Source: a virus | Taxonomy: Duplodnaviria; Caudoviricetes | Strand: one strand, 5' to 3' | Length of the DNA: 60,896 nt | IMG/VR virus record: IMGVR_UViG_3300034106_006066 | Span: 1 to 60,896 of that record | Part shown: positions 9,082-19,162 of the stretch, in pieces | Layout of the letters: the number at the start of each line of letters is the position of its first letter | How positions within the stretch are numbered: the stretch's first letter is position 1 | Program-made: the position numbers and the translations under genes | Notes under the pieces: generated by a model | The model's input: the letters and a program-made list of their open reading frames with translations, nothing else | What the model was told of the DNA's origin: nothing | The model's database searches: none

Positions 9082-9962
9082 GCAATATTCGTCCGTCTTC
9101 TTTTCAAGATATTATTGGTCAGTCAGACGTTGTGAATCGTTTAAAGGTCACTGTAGCCGGTTGTAAAAGTACAGAGAGTGCCATGCCTCATACTTTAATT
9201 GACGGGCCTCCTGGCCTTGGTAAAACGACTATGGCGGGTGCTATTGCTAACGAATTAGGAGTAAACCTATACACAACAAATGCGGCAAACATCAGAAGCG
9301 TTAAAACAATTTTACCCTACCTTATTGGTATGCCAAGACAATCAGTATTATTTATTGATGAGATTCATAGACTTCCGAAATTAGTAGAAGAATTTTTATA
9401 TCCTGTGATGGAAGACTTTACAATCAATATAATCTTAGAGAAAGAACCAGAAAAAATCGATCTCCCACCATTTACCATTGTTGGTGCAACAACTAGTGGA
9501 GGCAGTCTTAGTCAACCATTTTATGATCGTTTTGTTATTAAAGAACACCTATCATTCTATACTGATATTGAACTAGCTAAACTAGCCAGATCGAATTCTG
9601 CTAAACTAGGAATAGTCATAGAAGATGCAGATCTTTTGGCTATTGCACAAAGAAGTAAAGGTACTCCTAGGATTCTTAATGCTAGACTACAATGGTATAA
9701 GAATTACAAAATTTGTCATCCTAATGAAGACAATATTGATAAAATATTTGAAATTCAAGGAATAGATAGTAATGGTTTAGATATGTACGATAGACAATAT
9801 CTAGAAGTACTTAAAAAGTCCAAAGGCAATCCACTAGGACTAAAAGCAATATCCTCTATGACGGGCATTGCTATAGAAACTATTGAAAATAGTATCGAGC
9901 CATATCTAGTGAGAAAAGGAATAGTAGTCAGAACTCAAAAAGGTAGGATTATAGGAAAATAA
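9078..9962 (+). CDS. ruvB: Holliday junction branch migration ATPase RuvB
   Basis: IRPSSFQDIIGQ, GPPGLGKTT, FIDEIHRL, GATT, GTPRI, IEPYL..G...RTQKGR. Confidence 0.95.
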   Translation: MSNIRPSSFQDIIGQSDVVNRLKVTVAGCKSTESAMPHTLIDGPPGLGKTTMAGAIANELGVNLYTTNAANIRSVKTILPYLIGMPRQSVLFIDEIHRLPKLVEEFLYPVMEDFTINIILEKEPEKIDLPPFTIVGATTSGGSLSQPFYDRFVIKEHLSFYTDIELAKLARSNSAKLGIVIEDADLLAIAQRSKGTPRILNARLQWYKNYKICHPNEDNIDKIFEIQGIDSNGLDMYDRQYLEVLKKSKGNPLGLKAISSMTGIAIETIENSIEPYLVRKGIVVRTQKGRIIGK

Positions 9963-9967
9963 AAGAT

Positions 9968-10606
9968 ATGGATAAAAAAATCCTAGTCATAGGTGGAACT
10001 CAAATGGTTGGTAGAGACTTTGTTGAGTTTTGTTTGGATAATAAATTTGATTATGAAATACATATAGCCAATAGAGGTATAACCAATCCAAATCTTTTTC
10101 CTAGTATAAAACATATCTCAATAGATAGAAATATAAAAAGTAGTTGTATAGTTCTTAGTCAAAATAGTTATGATTTTGTTATAGATTTTAGCTGCTATAA
10201 TATTCAACAATTGTTAAATATAATAGAGTATATAAATACTAAAAAATATTTTATAATGAGTACATTGTCTGTACTAGATAGTTCAGCACTAGCACAAGTC
10301 GATCACTGGCTACACAAATATGCATCTGATAAAAAATCTTTAGAAGATTATATATTAAATAATAATTTACCATTAAATATTATTAGAACTGGAGCACTTT
10401 ATGGTAAAAATGACTATACAAACAGATATTATGAATTAAATAATAAATTCTATAATAGGCAAGATAATACAGAAATATTCGAGAATAAGTATCTGATGAA
10501 TGTTAGAACTTTTACTAAATATTTATATCAATATATATCTATTCAAAATATCAAAAGTCAAAATATTATTCAAATTGATCTAGATGGAATAACTAAAATT
10601 TTATAA
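9968..10606 (+). CDS. NAD-dependent epimerase/dehydratase-like SDR
   Basis: ILVIGGTQMVG Rossmann motif, NRG, YASDK. Confidence 0.75.
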   Translation: MDKKILVIGGTQMVGRDFVEFCLDNKFDYEIHIANRGITNPNLFPSIKHISIDRNIKSSCIVLSQNSYDFVIDFSCYNIQQLLNIIEYINTKKYFIMSTLSVLDSSALAQVDHWLHKYASDKKSLEDYILNNNLPLNIIRTGALYGKNDYTNRYYELNNKFYNRQDNTEIFENKYLMNVRTFTKYLYQYISIQNIKSQNIIQIDLDGITKIL

Positions 10607-11515
10607 ATGTCAAATAATACTCTTGTTCATTATGGACATACTCAAATAGAAGAACTAAACCTAGTTAAACAACTAGCTAAAGACTTAAATTTAAAGTTTA
10701 TACATGACGGTATACAACAAGTTAGTATTAATAATCCTAAATTCCCGATAGCCTCTTATTGGGATTTTATTAGTCATGCAAAATATGCTAGTTTTATAGT
10801 GATATGGAATGGTATGCAATGTTATGGCCCATTAATAACCTCCGTGTGTAAAAATATGAATATACCAAGATGTTATATGGAATGGGGACTATTGCCTCAG
10901 TCATCAAATTTTCTTATAGATCCTGTTGGGTTCTGCGGCAATTCTGTATTGAATTACGATCTATCATGGATAGATGATAACGATATGAATTTTTTATATC
11001 AGAAAAGAGATGAGCTACAACAAGAATACAAAATATCTGATGAGGATTATATCCTAGTTCCTTTGCAAATAGAAAATGATAGTCAGGTATTATACTACAG
11101 TCAGTATAAAAATATGCATGATTTTATTTTAGACATAAGTAATAAATATTTTGATAGAAAAATATTTGTAAAATTACATCCTAAAAATAATCAAGACAAA
11201 TATATGAAGTCATGGAACATAGAGGATTGTGTAAAATTTGATTCTAAAAGAATATTTTTTATACAAGATAAAAATATAAATTTTTTAACTTTAGCATCAA
11301 AAGCTTCATTTATTGTTGGCTTAACTTCTACTGCCTTGTATGAAGCTGCTATTCTAGGTAAACATATTGTTTCTTTTGGGGATCATCCTCTACGAAATCA
11401 ATCAAATAATATAGATCGTGTGTGTGCTGGAATTCTTGCTCTTAATATAGATAGAAAAATAGGAAAAATACGACCTATACTAGATAGATTTAGTCCTAAG
11501 TATTATCAATTCTAA
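10607..11515 (+). CDS. capsular polysaccharide biosynthesis protein (KpsS/KpsC-like GT)
   Basis: IWNG, MEWGLLP, DPVG..GNS, VPLQIENDSQV, VKLHP, STALYEA. Confidence 0.75.
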   Translation: MSNNTLVHYGHTQIEELNLVKQLAKDLNLKFIHDGIQQVSINNPKFPIASYWDFISHAKYASFIVIWNGMQCYGPLITSVCKNMNIPRCYMEWGLLPQSSNFLIDPVGFCGNSVLNYDLSWIDDNDMNFLYQKRDELQQEYKISDEDYILVPLQIENDSQVLYYSQYKNMHDFILDISNKYFDRKIFVKLHPKNNQDKYMKSWNIEDCVKFDSKRIFFIQDKNINFLTLASKASFIVGLTSTALYEAAILGKHIVSFGDHPLRNQSNNIDRVCAGILALNIDRKIGKIRPILDRFSPKYYQF

Positions 11516-11828
11516 TAATATCATTATTTTCTAATTTAGTATAATAAATTTCATAAACAATACTATCTTCTATTGCTTCAAATTGATGCCAAACTCTTGG
11601 AGATATAACCAGACTCTCTTCCTCTTTTAATACGGAACTAATAATAGTATCTTCCTCCCATCTGTGTACTATTATCTTGCCGGTCTCCACAAAAAACATA
11701 TTATATTTATATTCATGAAAGTGCTTAGAGCATTTTTGTTCTTTTATTATTTCTATTCTATGTATAGATACTGAGTCATTGGTAAAAATTTCAGAGGTTA
11801 CACCCCAGAGCTTTATTGTTTTATTCAT
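11496..11828 (-). CDS. cupin (mannose-6-phosphate isomerase-like)
   Basis: CSKHFH..K.N.F.V..G and ISPRVWHQFEA cupin motifs. Confidence 0.8.
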   Translation of the reverse strand: MNKTIKLWGVTSEIFTNDSVSIHRIEIIKEQKCSKHFHEYKYNMFFVETGKIIVHRWEEDTIISSVLKEEESLVISPRVWHQFEAIEDSIVYEIYYTKLENNDIIRIDNT

Positions 11829-11860
11829 AAAAATTCTATCCAATCATTAGTGAGATACAA

Positions 11861-12691
11861 ATGTCATATATTATACACCCCTATGAGTCCAAGTATGTAT
11901 CTGTACAAAAATTTAATTACCCATTTAATTATATTATAATAGATAATTTATTTAGTCAAAGTATTTATAGTTCTATCTGTAGTAAATTTTCATCATTTAT
12001 TTCTAGAACAGTACCATATAAAGATCAGCCTGGAGCAACCAGTGATTATGAAGGATATATAGCTGGACTAGGATTAGAAGATCTTAATAAGGGATACGAT
12101 TTTTTTGCTTCAAAGGAACTGCAAAGTTTCATTGAAAAGCAATTTAATATTAAAACTTCAAAATACATATCTCCATCTGCTCATTTTCATAAAGCCCCAT
12201 CTAAAAGTGGATTTATACATAGAGATATGAATATATGCTCATTTGATCCTAATAGACAAAATACAGATTTTGTTACTACTGGTGGAGTAGCATATACTGA
12301 TGATAGTAATACTAATTCTAATAGTATTAAAATGATCAGAAGTATTGCATTATTATATTACTTAAATAATACTGATACTCTAGGGGCTAAAGGTGGTGGT
12401 ACGGGTATATATGATGGTTATGATGGAAATTTAATTTATACTGTTGAGCCAAAAAATAATAGATTATTTATGTTCGAAATTTGTCACAATAGTTATCATG
12501 CTTTTATTGGAGCAAATTTTGATAGGTCAGCAATAGTAAGTTGGTTTCACTCTTCTCCAGCATATATAGTTCATAGACATTTAGATTATTATAAAAATAA
12601 TTCTAATTTTATAGAAAGATGGTCAAAAAGACCAATTAATGAGTATTGGCTTATAGAAAATGATCCTGAGTATCATAACTATTTTAGTTAG
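11861..12691 (+). CDS. 2OG-Fe(II) oxygenase (prolyl-hydroxylase-like fold)
   Basis: IHRD (HxD), LLYYLN, GGGT, PKNNRLFMFE..SYH, R.AIVSWFH. Confidence 0.85.
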   Translation: MSYIIHPYESKYVSVQKFNYPFNYIIIDNLFSQSIYSSICSKFSSFISRTVPYKDQPGATSDYEGYIAGLGLEDLNKGYDFFASKELQSFIEKQFNIKTSKYISPSAHFHKAPSKSGFIHRDMNICSFDPNRQNTDFVTTGGVAYTDDSNTNSNSIKMIRSIALLYYLNNTDTLGAKGGGTGIYDGYDGNLIYTVEPKNNRLFMFEICHNSYHAFIGANFDRSAIVSWFHSSPAYIVHRHLDYYKNNSNFIERWSKRPINEYWLIENDPEYHNYFS

Positions 12692-12752
12692 TATTATATA
12701 AACTAACTATTAGTGTATTAGCTTTAGTCTAATATGCTTATATAGGTAGTTT

Positions 12753-13097
12753 ATGGATATTTTTTTTTCTATATTAGGTTTTAATTCTTTTTATCCTAAA
12801 AAAGTAAGACTAGCCTCCAGATCTCCTAGATGGAGCAGCGTGAGAGCGGATCATCTATCTAGGCATCCTTGCTGTGCTGCTTGTGGACGATCTTTAAAGT
12901 TAGAGGTTCACCACATAGAGCCTGTACATTTAAATCCAAAAAAGGAATTAGATCTTTCTAATTTAATTACTCTATGTTCTAATCCGTGTCATATATTATT
13001 TGGTCATTTTATGGATTGGAAAAGTTGGAATAAGGATGTGGTGCAGGATTGTAAGGTGTATTATAATAAGTACAAAAATAGACCATATAAGTCTTAA
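12753..13097 (+). CDS. HNH endonuclease
   Basis: CAACG..LEVHHI.P....NLITLC..CH...GH. Confidence 0.88.
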   Translation: MDIFFSILGFNSFYPKKVRLASRSPRWSSVRADHLSRHPCCAACGRSLKLEVHHIEPVHLNPKKELDLSNLITLCSNPCHILFGHFMDWKSWNKDVVQDCKVYYNKYKNRPYKS

Positions 13098-13099
13098 TT

Positions 13100-13402
13100 A
13101 TGGATAATATTATTTTATATATTTTATTAGTTCTAAATTTATTTAGTTTTTTATTGGGATATTTATATGGCTATTTTAGAAATTTGTCAAGTAATAAATC
13201 TTGGATTGCATATTCAAAAAGTGATAAAAAACAAAAACATAATACTGTAGAAAGTAATGACATTAGTATTGATGATAAAAAAGTTATTTTAAATATTGAT
13301 ACTAAAGGATTAGAAAAGAAATATGAAGAATTGGGAGATAAAAAAATTACAGAGGATAATATTTCTAGTTCAGTAAATAAGCTTAAAAATTTAAAGAGGT
13401 AA
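13100..13402 (+). CDS. N-terminally membrane-anchored protein
   Basis: Hydrophobic residues about 4-26, charged tail; 4 nt from actin-like gene. Confidence 0.7.
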   Translation: MDNIILYILLVLNLFSFLLGYLYGYFRNLSSNKSWIAYSKSDKKQKHNTVESNDISIDDKKVILNIDTKGLEKKYEELGDKKITEDNISSSVNKLKNLKR

Positions 13403-13406
13403 TATT

Positions 13407-14408
13407 ATGGCAAAAGGGTTAGATGTAGGTACAAGTTTTATAGTACTATCTCAAGAAAAAAATGAACAAATAGAATATAAAGATTTCAGAGATGCTTTTT
13501 ATATAATTAAACCAACAACTCCAGTAGCTACTAAAATGATAGAAAAAGGTTTGGCTGGAAAGGTTTTCATTAAAGATACTGATGGTTCATTTATTTTATT
13601 AGGTAGGGATGCGATAGAAAAAGCAGTAGAAAGAAATGATAATGCTAAAAGACCTATGAGCAAAGGAGTGGTTTCGGCAAAGGAAAAAGACGCTAAAAGA
13701 GTATTAGCTTTTATATTAAAAGAAGTAGTCGGCCAACCTGATGAGCCCCTTGAAAAGTTAGTCTTTTGTGTTCCTGCACAACCTATTGATCAAGAAGATG
13801 ATGATTTTGATGTAGGATATCATGAAGATACTATTAAAGCTATTTTAAATGAGGTAGGTTATGATGCTAAAGCTATTAATGAAGCTGAAGCACTATGTTA
13901 TGCCGAATTGGAAAGCGAAGACTACACAGGAATTTCTGTATCAGCAGGAAGTGGTATGCATAATATTTGCGTTATGTTAAATGGTGAACCAACTATTTTA
14001 TTTAGCACCACGAAAAGTGGAGATTGGATAGATAAAATGAGTTCTGTAGCAACAGGAGAACCAGAAACTGTTGTGCAAGCAGAAAAAGAGAGTGGACAAT
14101 TTGAGATTGGAAAAGAAAACACGAATCCGGTATTGTCTGCTGTAAGTTCTTATTATGAACGATTAATAGATTATACTACCAAACAACTTAGCTTAGCATT
14201 AAGAAACCATAATAGTCTGCCAAAATTCAAGACCCCGTTAACTATTGTTATTTCTGGTGGAACTTCTTTGGCAAAAGGATATATAGAAGCATTTGAAAAG
14301 AAACTGCAAGAAAATAATTTTCCTTTACCAATAAAAGTAGTCAAACACGCTAAAGACCCTTTACATTCTGTATCTAAAGGGTGTTTAATAGCATCTAAGA
14401 TTTTATAG
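13407..14408 (+). CDS. actin-like ATPase (MreB/MamK/ParM superfamily)
   Basis: GLDVGT phosphate-1, INEAEA connect-1, SAGSGMHN phosphate-2, ISGGTSLAKG adenosine motif, DPLHSVSKG. Confidence 0.85.
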   Translation: MAKGLDVGTSFIVLSQEKNEQIEYKDFRDAFYIIKPTTPVATKMIEKGLAGKVFIKDTDGSFILLGRDAIEKAVERNDNAKRPMSKGVVSAKEKDAKRVLAFILKEVVGQPDEPLEKLVFCVPAQPIDQEDDDFDVGYHEDTIKAILNEVGYDAKAINEAEALCYAELESEDYTGISVSAGSGMHNICVMLNGEPTILFSTTKSGDWIDKMSSVATGEPETVVQAEKESGQFEIGKENTNPVLSAVSSYYERLIDYTTKQLSLALRNHNSLPKFKTPLTIVISGGTSLAKGYIEAFEKKLQENNFPLPIKVVKHAKDPLHSVSKGCLIASKIL

Positions 14409-14415
14409 GAAATAT

Positions 14416-16431
14416 ATGGCTATATTTGATCCAGTACTAACGTGTCCTAATTCTGGAACAACACAACAAATAGGAGTATATAATCCTAATGCTTTTTTAG
14501 TCATAGTTTATATACAGCAAAATATAACAAAAACCCAAGGAGAAGAATATTGGCAAGATTTAATGAATTCTGGATTACAAGGATTAATACAAGCACCATT
14601 TCTTATATCAACAAATCCTAATTATTGGTATAGAGTTAGGCTTGTTGCTGGTAATGGAACTGGTGAGATTAGTGATTGGATTTACTGTCCAGTATCTGCT
14701 GGGGTTCCTGATAGTCCGACGCCAACTCCTACTAAAACACTAACTCCTACTCCTACTAAAACACCTTCTATAAATCAAACAGATATAATTAAACCAGATA
14801 TATCAGTATGTGATGTAAATTCTAGTATTAATGCTAAAAATAATAATTCTTTTTTAGTAAAATTATATATGGATTACCGATATATTGGATTACCAAGTAA
14901 TGACATGAATGTTAATGGTTGCTTATCAGGATATAATTTAAATAATCAGCAATGGAGAATTATTAGTTCTCCTTTAGGATATACTGATCAATCTAATCCA
15001 CAATCTATCGTATATCCTAATGCATATACTGAAAATATACTATTATCTATAATTCGTGGATTGTTTCATTGTGGCGGAACCAATATGTTGGACTATCAAT
15101 ATAGAATTCGATTTGGTAATTTAGCAAATACAGCTTTTAGCGATTATTCATATTGTCCTGTAAATTTAGAACCAACACCAACACCAAGTAAATCTGTTAA
15201 TATTCCTACAGCAACGCCAACTTTAACCACAACTGGCTCTAGTAATCTGCTACAAATTACTCCAACCCCTTCATCTAGTATACTACAAATTACTCCAACT
15301 CCTAGCAAAATAGAATCTAATAGAAATACAAAATTTATTCAACATAGAAACTGTATTTGTCCTAGCGCTACTCCAACAGCAACTCCAACAAAAACTCCAA
15401 CAGCTAGTCCAACAAAAACTCCAGCTAGCACAACAACACCACAACCATCATCTAGTCCACCACCAGGCCCACCAAGTCCTCCTAGTCCACCACCCGGTCC
15501 TCCTGGCCCACCAAGTCCTCCAAGTCCTCCTGGCCCACCAAGTCCTCCAAGTCCTCCTAGCCCACCAAGTCCTCCCAGCCCGCCTCCTCCCGGACCTCCT
15601 GGCCCACCAAGTCCACCAAGTCCTCCCAGTCCTCCAAGTCCTCCTAGCCCACCAAGTCCTCCTAGTCCTCCTAGTCCACCACCAGGCCCACCAGGCCCAC
15701 CAAGTCCTCCTAGTCCTCCTAGTCCACCACCAGGCCCACCAGGCCCACCAGGCGGCGGTGGTGGCGGTGGCGGTGGCGGTGGTGGCGGAGATAATTGTCC
15801 AGAATGTACTTATACTGGATCTCGATTAGGGCTTCTAAATGGTTATACTGGAGTTCAATGTAATGATGGAGAATTATGTAGCGATTGTAGTGGAGGAATA
15901 CTAATATGTGATGGAATAGCATACTGTTGTTGTGCTGGTCCAGGAGTTATGAGTGCTGATACTAATGGAGCACCATTTTGTTGCGAGCCAGATCCAGACT
16001 CTACAGCATGGCACAAACGTAAACCTGTACCTTGCGAAAAAAAGCCATGTAATCCTCCTGATCCTAATAGAGATCCTAATGCTGTTCCTGAAGACCCTAA
16101 GAGAGAAGGGTATTATGATGGATCACTCTATGAATGCGAAAACAATCCTAATATGTATACTATTACTAATGAATTAGAATCAACAGCTGAACTAAGTGTT
16201 ATTGGTCTTGCCGCAGATGAGGTTATAATTAATGGAGAAATATATGAAGAAGGACAACATATATTTTCATGGCCTTTTGATCCTTGTGGAATCGGATTAC
16301 CTATGAATGGAAATCATTCTTACTCATTTAGTACGATCCTTCTTCCAGGAGAATCTGTTACCTTTGGAGGAAGAGATAATGGTTTTGGCGGTGGTATAAC
16401 TGTTAATTGGACTTTATGTGAATTAGGTTAA
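14416..16431 (+). CDS. Pro/Thr/Cys-rich structural or adhesin-like protein
   Basis: Two related N-terminal modules ending YCPV, TP linkers, (PPS/PPG)n rod, poly-Gly, Cys-rich region. Confidence 0.75.
   Translation: MAIFDPVLTCPNSGTTQQIGVYNPNAFLVIVYIQQNITKTQGEEYWQDLMNSGLQGLIQAPFLISTNPNYWYRVRLVAGNGTGEISDWIYCPVSAGVPDSPTPTPTKTLTPTPTKTPSINQTDIIKPDISVCDVNSSINAKNNNSFLVKLYMDYRYIGLPSNDMNVNGCLSGYNLNNQQWRIISSPLGYTDQSNPQSIVYPNAYTENILLSIIRGLFHCGGTNMLDYQYRIRFGNLANTAFSDYSYCPVNLEPTPTPSKSVNIPTATPTLTTTGSSNLLQITPTPSSSILQITPTPSKIESNRNTKFIQHRNCICPSATPTATPTKTPTASPTKTPASTTTPQPSSSPPPGPPSPPSPPPGPPGPPSPPSPPGPPSPPSPPSPPSPPSPPPPGPPGPPSPPSPPSPPSPPSPPSPPSPPSPPPGPPGPPSPPSPPSPPPGPPGPPGGGGGGGGGGGGGDNCPECTYTGSRLGLLNGYTGVQCNDGELCSDCSGGILICDGIAYCCCAGPGVMSADTNGAPFCCEPDPDSTAWHKRKPVPCEKKPCNPPDPNRDPNAVPEDPKREGYYDGSLYECENNPNMYTITNELESTAELSVIGLAADEVIINGEIYEEGQHIFSWPFDPCGIGLPMNGNHSYSFSTILLPGESVTFGGRDNGFGGGITVNWTLCELG
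15454..15789 (+). repeat. coding (PPS)n/(PPG)n tripeptide repeat plus poly-Gly
   Basis: ccaagtcct/ccaggccca units followed by ggc/ggt run. Confidence 0.9.
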
Positions 16432-16438
16432 AAATAAA

Positions 16439-17362
16439 ATGAAAAAAAAACAATCAAATAATATATCCTTACTTCCTTATATAAGAGAAGATATTTACGG
16501 GATGAGTCCTAATACTCCTTGTGTAAGAGGATGGGAAATAAATAGCTTCAATATACCAGACTATTGGAAAGAAAGTAGGGGAGAAAATGTAAAAATAGCA
16601 GTTATAGACACTGGTGTAGATTTTAATCATGAAGATTTAAAAGATAATATTCTAACTGGTAAAAATTTTGTAGAGCCGAATAAAGATCCTATGGATGTTG
16701 CCGGTCATGGTACTCATGTAAGTTCAACTATAGCTGCTAGTGATAATTATTATGGTATTGTTGGAGTTGCTAATAAAGCTAAAATAATACCAGTAAAAGC
16801 TTTAGGAGATAATGGCAATGGTAATATAAATAATATCTCAGAAGCAGTCAGATGGAGCGCTGATGCTAATGTAGATTTTATAACTATGAGTTTAGGATCA
16901 ACAAATTCCAATAGCCAATTAAAGTCTGCGTTAGATTATGCAGAAAGCCGTGGTGTTGTGGTTTTTTGTGCTGCCGGTAATAGCGGTCCTGAAGTAGATA
17001 TAATGTATCCAGCAAAATATGATAATGTAATTGCTATTGGTGCTATTGACAGAAATTTTAAAAGAACAGATTTTACTTGTAGTGGTGATAGTTTAGATTT
17101 TCTAGCTCCTGGTCATGAAATTATAGGTTGTGTGCCAGGAGATAAGTATGCTATGATGAGTGGTACTAGTATGAGTAATCCTTTTGCTGTTGGATTAGCA
17201 GCATTACTTTGTTCATATAATAAAAGAGAAAAAAGACATAAATTAGAAAGTTATCAAGATTATATAGATATTTTTAAAAAGACAGCTAAGAAACTAAATG
17301 ATAGTCGATATCAAGGACAGGCTAAATACGAAGGTTATGGTATTATTCAACCAACACTATAA
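16439..17362 (+). CDS. S8 subtilisin-like serine protease
   Basis: IDTG, HGTHV, AAGN, SGTSMS triad motifs. Confidence 0.95.
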   Translation: MKKKQSNNISLLPYIREDIYGMSPNTPCVRGWEINSFNIPDYWKESRGENVKIAVIDTGVDFNHEDLKDNILTGKNFVEPNKDPMDVAGHGTHVSSTIAASDNYYGIVGVANKAKIIPVKALGDNGNGNINNISEAVRWSADANVDFITMSLGSTNSNSQLKSALDYAESRGVVVFCAAGNSGPEVDIMYPAKYDNVIAIGAIDRNFKRTDFTCSGDSLDFLAPGHEIIGCVPGDKYAMMSGTSMSNPFAVGLAALLCSYNKREKRHKLESYQDYIDIFKKTAKKLNDSRYQGQAKYEGYGIIQPTL

Positions 17363-17363
17363 A

Positions 17364-18299
17364 CTAATCTAGTATAGTTAAGTCAGACAAAAAACTAGAA
17401 ATGATGTTGAATTGACTGTCAGGCAAACAATTAGTTGCATACCATGTATATGCATTTTCTATAATTTCTTGATATTTTTGAGAAGTTAAAATATCTTCTA
17501 GTAATTGAGTTTTTTCTTTTATTTGTTCATCAATATCATAATTTTGTAATATATTTTGTATAAATTGATTATCTATAAAATTAATATAATGAACATTAGA
17601 TTCTAAAGGATTAAAAGTTTTAGAATATAAGGAGTCTCTCAGATTTAAAACTCCCAAACCAAAAATTTCTATATCTCTATAACAAATATTAGCAGCTCCA
17701 TTCAAACTTAAGCCGTATAAATGTTTAGATAATTCATTATAATATTCTTCTTTAGGTTTAACTTTTTGTGATTTTGTAAATATATTAAAAATATCATAAT
17801 TTTTTAGCCTATTTAAAATATTTTGTCTAATCCCGTGATCAAGACCAGCAAAATATATTTTTTTAATTTTATCTTGATTAGTAATTTTTATTTCTTTAAT
17901 TTTATCATGATCAGACCAATTTTCTAAGCAATATACCGAAGGTTGAACAAAAGAATATTTATCTATTAATGTTTGATCTATGTTAGATACTGCTGAAAAT
18001 TTAACTATATTTAGCTGATTACGAACACACCATTCTACTGTAGCATTAGCATAGTCATACCAACTATGAACAAAGAATTTTTCTGTATCTTTATTATATA
18101 TAATTAGGTTAAACCAATTAAATAAACTATCAGAATGATTATCTAGCTCATAATTAAATCTTTTGGCGAAAATAGATATTGGTTCATACTCTAAATGAGT
18201 ATTTAGTTTATCTTCTAATTTTTTATGAAAATATTTATAAAATTCACTAACATACCAATTATAATATCCTTGCTCATAAGATATAATATAATTAGACAT
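17364..18299 (-). CDS. putative GT-B glycosyltransferase
   Basis: KIYFAG...R..IL, EEYYNEL...GLSLNG...CYRDIE. Confidence 0.65.
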   Translation of the reverse strand: MSNYIISYEQGYYNWYVSEFYKYFHKKLEDKLNTHLEYEPISIFAKRFNYELDNHSDSLFNWFNLIIYNKDTEKFFVHSWYDYANATVEWCVRNQLNIVKFSAVSNIDQTLIDKYSFVQPSVYCLENWSDHDKIKEIKITNQDKIKKIYFAGLDHGIRQNILNRLKNYDIFNIFTKSQKVKPKEEYYNELSKHLYGLSLNGAANICYRDIEIFGLGVLNLRDSLYSKTFNPLESNVHYINFIDNQFIQNILQNYDIDEQIKEKTQLLEDILTSQKYQEIIENAYTWYATNCLPDSQFNIISSFLSDLTILD

Positions 18300-18301
18300 A
18301 A

Positions 18302-19162
18302 CTATTGTTCCGTTCCATGAACTATACCGCCCCTAGGTCCAGTTTTATAACCATTTGGAGTAAAAATTTTATTCCATATAGGATGAGTAAATGAAATATC
18401 ATAGCTATTAAATCCTGCTAGATAAGCAGAAATACCTATTTCAAATCCTTCAGCCCAAGTTCCGTATGAATAATCTCTATTTACTAAATAATCATGAAAA
18501 AATTTCCATTGTTCAACCATTTTTCTAAGTTTATTATTTGTATTATAAAACAATAGTAGATATTCGGCGGGAAGACCGGCTCCTCCCCAGGGATGGTTTG
18601 GATATTGTTTGATAGTTTTATTATCAAAATCTAACATATCATAATTAAATAATTTATGCCAAAAGATTGTACATCTATCATAGTCTGGTTCCACTTCTCC
18701 TAAATTAGTAATACAATTCTTATAAAATTTATCGAGCACCACATTTAATCTTAAGTCTGTTCTTGGCCCAAAAAAATCAAAATTATTAGCTAATTGTTGC
18801 GTAATAAAATGTTCAACAATTGTTTTGTCCCACCAATCAAAAGAATTATCACAATCAGTAAAAATAATTAATGTATCTTGTATATCTTGAACATGCTCAA
18901 GGCACAAATATCTCATATTAAAATTAAAATCATTAGCAGCTTTATTTGGTCCTATTGGAATTCTGACAGTCAAATCATTTTTGTTAACTATTTTTAATTT
19001 AATCCTATCATTCTCTCCGAATTTTTCATTAATAAGATGAGGATGATCTGTTGTAATATAAATAATCATATCACTCATATTTAGAACATCTTCAATCATT
19101 CTTAAACAATAGTCTTTAGTGTAATTATATCCTAAACTAAGCGTTGTTATAATAATATTCAT
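18302..19162 (-). CDS. putative GT-A glycosyltransferase
   Basis: YITTD, FTDCD (DxD); start 19162 gives ATGA overlap. Confidence 0.6.
   Translation of the reverse strand: MNIIITTLSLGYNYTKDYCLRMIEDVLNMSDMIIYITTDHPHLINEKFGENDRIKLKIVNKNDLTVRIPIGPNKAANDFNFNMRYLCLEHVQDIQDTLIIFTDCDNSFDWWDKTIVEHFITQQLANNFDFFGPRTDLRLNVVLDKFYKNCITNLGEVEPDYDRCTIFWHKLFNYDMLDFDNKTIKQYPNHPWGGAGLPAEYLLLFYNTNNKLRKMVEQWKFFHDYLVNRDYSYGTWAEGFEIGISAYLAGFNSYDISFTHPIWNKIFTPNGYKTGPRGGIVHGTEQ

Noticed and set aside
12753-13097. HNH gene as the homing endonuclease of the tRNA intron or as the RuvAB resolvase
   Set aside because: 12 kb from the intron and nothing in the sequence links it to either role.
15454-15789. GC-rich patch as foreign DNA, a VR or collagen
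   Set aside because: Explained by Pro/Gly codons; no continuous Gly-X-Y register.
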